A stretch of DNA of 48,924 bases, from the NCBI GenBank assembly GCA_964449995.1, contig CAYVBW010000002.1, positions 3,394 to 52,317 of the forward strand. Direction: 5' to 3'. This document shows positions 46,207 through 48,924 of the stretch, piece after piece (positions within the stretch are counted from its first letter, which is position 1; every line of letters begins with the position of its first letter). This DNA is from an uncultured Pseudomonadales bacterium. Its GTDB lineage: Bacteria; Patescibacteriota; Microgenomatia; UBA1400; PJMF01. Position numbers and translations under genes: made by a program. The notes below the pieces were generated by a model. The model saw only the letters and a list, made by a program, of their open reading frames with translations. It made no database searches and had not been told where the DNA came from.

Positions 46207-46689
46207 TTAATCTTCAAACTCTGTTTGAATTTCTTCCCAACGCCATTCAACCTGATCACCTTTCTCCAACTCAATCTGATCTGATGCACTCTGAGCATAC
46301 TCCTCATTAATATAAAGAGCCCAATAATAATCAGAGTTTGATTGCTGACCATTAATACTAGTCACAAATACTCCAAAGTCGTATTGGTCATACTCAACAT
46401 CCTCACTGGCCAGTAATAATGAAAAAGGTGTTTGACCCTCCTCTGTTGCAATTAAAATATAACCAGTGACTGCTTCCTGGCCCAACTCTTCTTGGAGATT
46501 GCCATCGCCTTCTTCTTGAGAAAACTGAGTGGTTGTTGCTTGCCTGAGTGTCTCCAGTTTATTTCTAAAATCAATCTGCTGATTCACTACATAAAATAGA
46601 TAAACTAAAGCGATTAAACCGATTCCTAAAATCCAAGGGGAAAAATTTTTAGATTTAGGTGGCTGATGATTAACTTCTTGTTCTGACAT
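46207..46689 (-). CDS. Membrane-anchored DUF4430-like (transcobalamin-like C-terminal domain) protein
   Basis: 160-aa ORF. N-terminal TM (WILGIGLIALVYLFYVV). The C-terminal VEYDQYDFGVFVTSINGQQ...YYWALYINEEYAQSASDQIELEKGDQVEWRW fits the DUF4430 pattern (...G.fvtsIng...W.y.vN....g...y.l..GD.i.w.y). Confidence 0.6.
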   Translation of the reverse strand: MSEQEVNHQPPKSKNFSPWILGIGLIALVYLFYVVNQQIDFRNKLETLRQATTTQFSQEEGDGNLQEELGQEAVTGYILIATEEGQTPFSLLLASEDVEYDQYDFGVFVTSINGQQSNSDYYWALYINEEYAQSASDQIELEKGDQVEWRWEEIQTEFED

Positions 46690-46710
46690 AATGATTTTAT
46701 TAAAAATAAT

Positions 46711-47055
46711 TTATAAACCCTTAAATTTTTTTGGTTTTTTATTTCTTGAAGTCGAAGACGGCCGAGTAGACTCTTTAATTAATTGTATTCTTTTTAAGTT
46801 TGGTTTCTTTGTTTTTTCTTTTGTTTCCAAACCTAGCACAATATTGATCAAATCACGAACTTTTAAATCCCCAATTGTTAGCTCTGTAACTGAAGGTATA
46901 TCTTCTTGAATATCTAGCCAACGCTTCTTAAAATCCTTTCTCAATTCCTCTCCTTGATCAGTAGTGAATAAAAAATAAGCAGTAGAACCTGCTAAAATAC
47001 CGATTATTAATCCCAGGACAAATTGGTTGCCCTCTTTTTGTGTAACTTTACTCAT
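46711..47055 (-). CDS. YtxH-like membrane-anchored protein
   Basis: 114-aa ORF. FVLGLIIGILAGSTAYFLFTTDQGEELRKDFKKR matches the YtxH-type Gly-zipper helix plus G.ElR motif. Lys-rich C-terminus. Confidence 0.55.
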   Translation of the reverse strand: MSKVTQKEGNQFVLGLIIGILAGSTAYFLFTTDQGEELRKDFKKRWLDIQEDIPSVTELTIGDLKVRDLINIVLGLETKEKTKKPNLKRIQLIKESTRPSSTSRNKKPKKFKGL

Positions 47056-47089
47056 AATGAATTATGTAAAATTTCAATCACCTAAATTA

Positions 47090-47383
47090 TTATTCTTCAA
47101 CAATATCTTCAGGTGATTCTGTTTTTTTTCGATTAAGAAACTGAGAAAAACCTTCAAAAACCTTCACTCCGGTCTTAACTCCTGCTGCTATGCCTGCTAA
47201 ATTTTGTAAAGGTTCAGTAATAGCTTTAATTTTTTCTTCAGTTTCATCAAGTGCAGAGTTCACTTTTTCTAAAGCTTGCCGAAAAGATTTTAACACTAAA
47301 AAAAGCTGAACACCCACTGCCACCAAAACAACAGTTAAGATAACCAAAACTACTGCAAATAAAATTGGAAAAGTTTCTGTCAT
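47090..47383 (-). CDS. DUF948-like small membrane protein (TM + coiled coil)
   Basis: 97-aa ORF. N-terminal TM (ILFAVVLVILTVVLVAVGVQLFLVL), then a helical region LKSFRQALEKVNSALDETEEKIKAITEPL as in DUF948/YtxG-type proteins. Confidence 0.5.
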   Translation of the reverse strand: MTETFPILFAVVLVILTVVLVAVGVQLFLVLKSFRQALEKVNSALDETEEKIKAITEPLQNLAGIAAGVKTGVKVFEGFSQFLNRKKTESPEDIVEE

Positions 47384-47437
47384 TTAAAATAAAAATAATT
47401 AATAAATTTCGCTAATTAATATTAGTAATAGATATGA

Positions 47438-47622
47438 GCTCATTTCTGAGGGGTTTCACCCCGAGCGCGTTTTGTCTTGCTTTGCAAGATCAAAGCCTGC
47501 TCCCCTGTCGCTTTAAGGGGTATTAAACCCTTAAAGCTCCACTAGGGGGAACCCCCTAGAACCCCCATTCTGATTTGTTCCTCCCGCTAAGCTAAACAAG
47601 CTGGTGGGTATTTAATCAGAAT
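47438..47622. ncRNA. Candidate structured RNA of unknown class (GC-rich multi-hairpin island)
   Basis: About 49% G+C by hand count, inside a 305-nt spacer whose flanks are extremely AT-rich. At least five perfect or near-perfect hairpins (coordinates in findings). No match to any RNA family I can recognise by eye. G-T pairs in one stem weakly favour the plus strand. Confidence 0.35.
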
Positions 47623-47688
47623 AAATTTGACCACCATAATCTTTGTAGTGTCAAATATATCATAATACAGAAACACAATCAGAAACAG

Positions 47689-48333
47689 CTAAAATCGAAC
47701 ATAAACTGTAATTTGTTTAACATTGGATTTCCCACGCTGATCTATGGCCTCCACAGTAAGCGTTGTAATTCCTTCCTTGGGCAAATAAACCTCGGTATGA
47801 AATGTTCCATCTGGCTTTAAGGCTACTGGCTGGGCATTCACTGTAACAATAGCCTCATTGTCTGTTAAACCACTGACAGCTATTTGAGAAGAAACAAAAT
47901 CATTTTCTTTTGGAGAAAAAACTTCAAGCCTAGGAGGCCTATTAAAATTATGCCATTGCCAGCCTACATAGCCCAGTAGGGTAAAAAAAACAGTAGCAAT
48001 AATAACTGCAACCAATGTGACTGGTCTCCAAAAACTCTGTTTTTTTACTACAGGGCTTATAAACTCTCTTGGTAAGAGTTTACCACTTTGGTCTTCTTGA
48101 TAATCCCTGCGTAGTAAGGCTAAAAGAGGTTTTTGATCAAAATCCAACACCCTAGCATACGCTTTTATAAATCCCTTCACAAAAGTAGCTGAAGGCAACT
48201 TATTAAACTGGTTCGCTTCTAAATATTTGAGATATTTAGGTTTAATTTTCGTAATTGCAGCCATTTGAGCCACAGTGATGCTTCTTCTCTGACGTTCCTC
48301 AGCTAAAATTTGTCCAATTTTTTTTGTCTGCAT
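47689..48333 (-). CDS. RodZ-like protein (N-terminal HTH, one TM, Ig-like extracytoplasmic domain)
   Basis: 214-aa ORF. XRE-type HTH IGQILAEERQRRSITVAQMAAITKIKPKYLKYLE, FVKGFIKAYARVL, TM VTLVAVIIATVFFTLLGYVGW, and a beta-rich C-domain. Confidence 0.65.
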   Translation of the reverse strand: MQTKKIGQILAEERQRRSITVAQMAAITKIKPKYLKYLEANQFNKLPSATFVKGFIKAYARVLDFDQKPLLALLRRDYQEDQSGKLLPREFISPVVKKQSFWRPVTLVAVIIATVFFTLLGYVGWQWHNFNRPPRLEVFSPKENDFVSSQIAVSGLTDNEAIVTVNAQPVALKPDGTFHTEVYLPKEGITTLTVEAIDQRGKSNVKQITVYVRF

Positions 48334-48366
48334 TATTGTTTTCGAAAAATTTTACTAATTCATTAA

Positions 48367-48801
48367 CTAATTATTTAAAAGATCTCTGGCCAAGGTCGCA
48401 ATGCGATTACCCTCTGCCTTATTACCAACTTCCTGCTTAACTTTACCAATCAATGGGCCCAACTGATCCATGCCTGCTTCTTCCTTAACTTGAATAATAA
48501 TCTTTTTAAGCTCAGCATCGTCTAACTGCTGCGGTAAATATTCCTGCAAAATGCGAATTTTTTGCTGAGTTTCTTCAATCAAATCTTGACGCTCTCCTTT
48601 TTTATAATCCTCTAAAGCATCTGTCCATTGTTTAACTTGCTGCTGAACTATTGTCTGAATCCCTTCATCATTAATTTTTCCCTTATCAATTTCTACATTT
48701 TTGATTGCCGCTCGCAGTAAACGAATCACATCAAGCCGTAATTTATCACCTTTCTTCATGGCTTGCTTCATTTCTTCAATTAATCGATTTTCAAGTGTCA
48801 T
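48367..48801 (-). CDS. GatB/YqeY domain-containing protein
   Basis: 144-aa ORF. LIEEMKQAMKKGDKLRLDVIRLLRAAIKNVEID, YLPQQLDDAELKKII, GPLIGKVKQEVGNKAEG typical of YqeY. Confidence 0.8.
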   Translation of the reverse strand: MTLENRLIEEMKQAMKKGDKLRLDVIRLLRAAIKNVEIDKGKINDEGIQTIVQQQVKQWTDALEDYKKGERQDLIEETQQKIRILQEYLPQQLDDAELKKIIIQVKEEAGMDQLGPLIGKVKQEVGNKAEGNRIATLARDLLNN

Positions 48802-48864
48802 ATCTTCCTTTTTTATTAATTAATGCAATATGATAATCGCCAGTTTAAAAAACCTAATTATCTG

Positions 48865-48924
48865 TGGATCCGAGCTGACTCGAACAGCTGACCTTTCCGA
48901 TGTGAACGGAACGCTCTAACCAAC
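48865..48924 (-). tRNA. tRNA-Val (anticodon CAC), 5' end truncated by the window edge
   Basis: The minus strand reads ...GTTGGTTAGAGC (D-loop), GTTCCG-TTCACAT-CGGAAA (anticodon loop with CAC), AGGTC, T-arm AGCTG-TTCGAGT-CAGCT, acceptor 3' strand CGGATCC, and discriminator A. CCA is not encoded. Confidence 0.8.

Noticed and set aside
47434-47526. 30-codon plus-strand ORF (MSSFLRGFTPSAFCLALQDQSLLPCRFKGY) inside the GC-rich element.
   Set aside because: It has no Shine-Dalgarno, and its sequence coincides with the hairpin arms. An RNA-structure explanation is more economical.
47438-47622. Identification of the GC-rich element as a known RNA: cobalamin riboswitch (tempting because of the DUF4430 gene downstream on the minus strand), TPP, T-box, ZTP, SRP RNA, tmRNA, RNase P or a hammerhead.
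   Set aside because: GGGGUGAAACCCC only superficially resembles the GGUGAAAAUCC part of the cobalamin core. I find no CCCGCCACUG/B12-box. I find no CUGAGA...ACCUGA (TPP) and no GGUGGNACCGCG (T-box). I find no GGAAGCAGC helix-8 motif (SRP), no GGAAAGUCC (RNase P) and no T-arm/ACCA end (tmRNA). CUGA...GAGC lacks the hammerhead GAAA core.
1-48924. Alternative genetic code (UGA recoding, as in some candidate phyla).
   Set aside because: TGA serves as the stop of folD (46-48), rplN (20745-20747) and the sortase (40462-40464). All conserved genes are full length under the standard code.
1-48924. Mobile elements, CRISPR arrays, defence or toxin-antitoxin systems, prophage remnants.
   Set aside because: There are no transposase, integrase or recombinase-like ORFs. 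There are no direct-repeat/spacer arrays and no long terminal inverted repeats. The baseplate-J-like resemblance in the 735-aa protein has no accompanying phage genes.

Overview
AT-rich, very gene-dense chromosomal segment, almost entirely transcribed on the minus strand. The core (10.5-38.7 kb) is one colinear transcription/translation cluster: rpoB-rpoC-rpsL-rpsG-fusA-tuf, a terminator, then the S10-spc-alpha ribosomal-protein block with secY-adk-infA-rpmJ, ending rplQ-rplM-rpsI. The left flank holds a one-carbon folate cluster (folD-fhs-glyA plus a divergent 5-formyl-THF cyclo-ligase), typA/bipA, a two-subunit 2-oxoacid:ferredoxin oxidoreductase, a VanZ-like gene and a divergent HU. The right flank holds mltG, ruvX, a sortase tightly coupled to a 735-aa bitopic protein, a short alaS, four small membrane-anchored proteins (DUF6580-like, DUF4430-like, YtxH-like, DUF948-like), a GC-rich structured intergenic element, a RodZ-like protein, YqeY and a truncated tRNA-Val(CAC). 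The genetic code looks standard, since TGA is used as a stop. I found no rRNA, CRISPR array, transposase, integrase or obvious defence genes. There is no room for rpmD (L30) or map. Several ribosomal proteins carry long low-complexity tails, and the overall compaction fits (inference only) a Patescibacteria/CPR-like or similarly reduced lineage. Several ORF-track starts are TTG codons upstream of better ATG starts, and I corrected those. rpmJ is below the track's size cutoff and was found by hand. The best candidates for something undescribed are: (1) the 735-aa protein + sortase pair inserted into the alaS-ruvX-mltG block, (2) the ~185-nt GC-rich multi-hairpin element at 47.44-47.62 kb, (3) the DUF4430-like/DUF6580-like pair as a possible vitamin-capture module. 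All domain assignments come from reading motifs by eye and need profile or structure searches.
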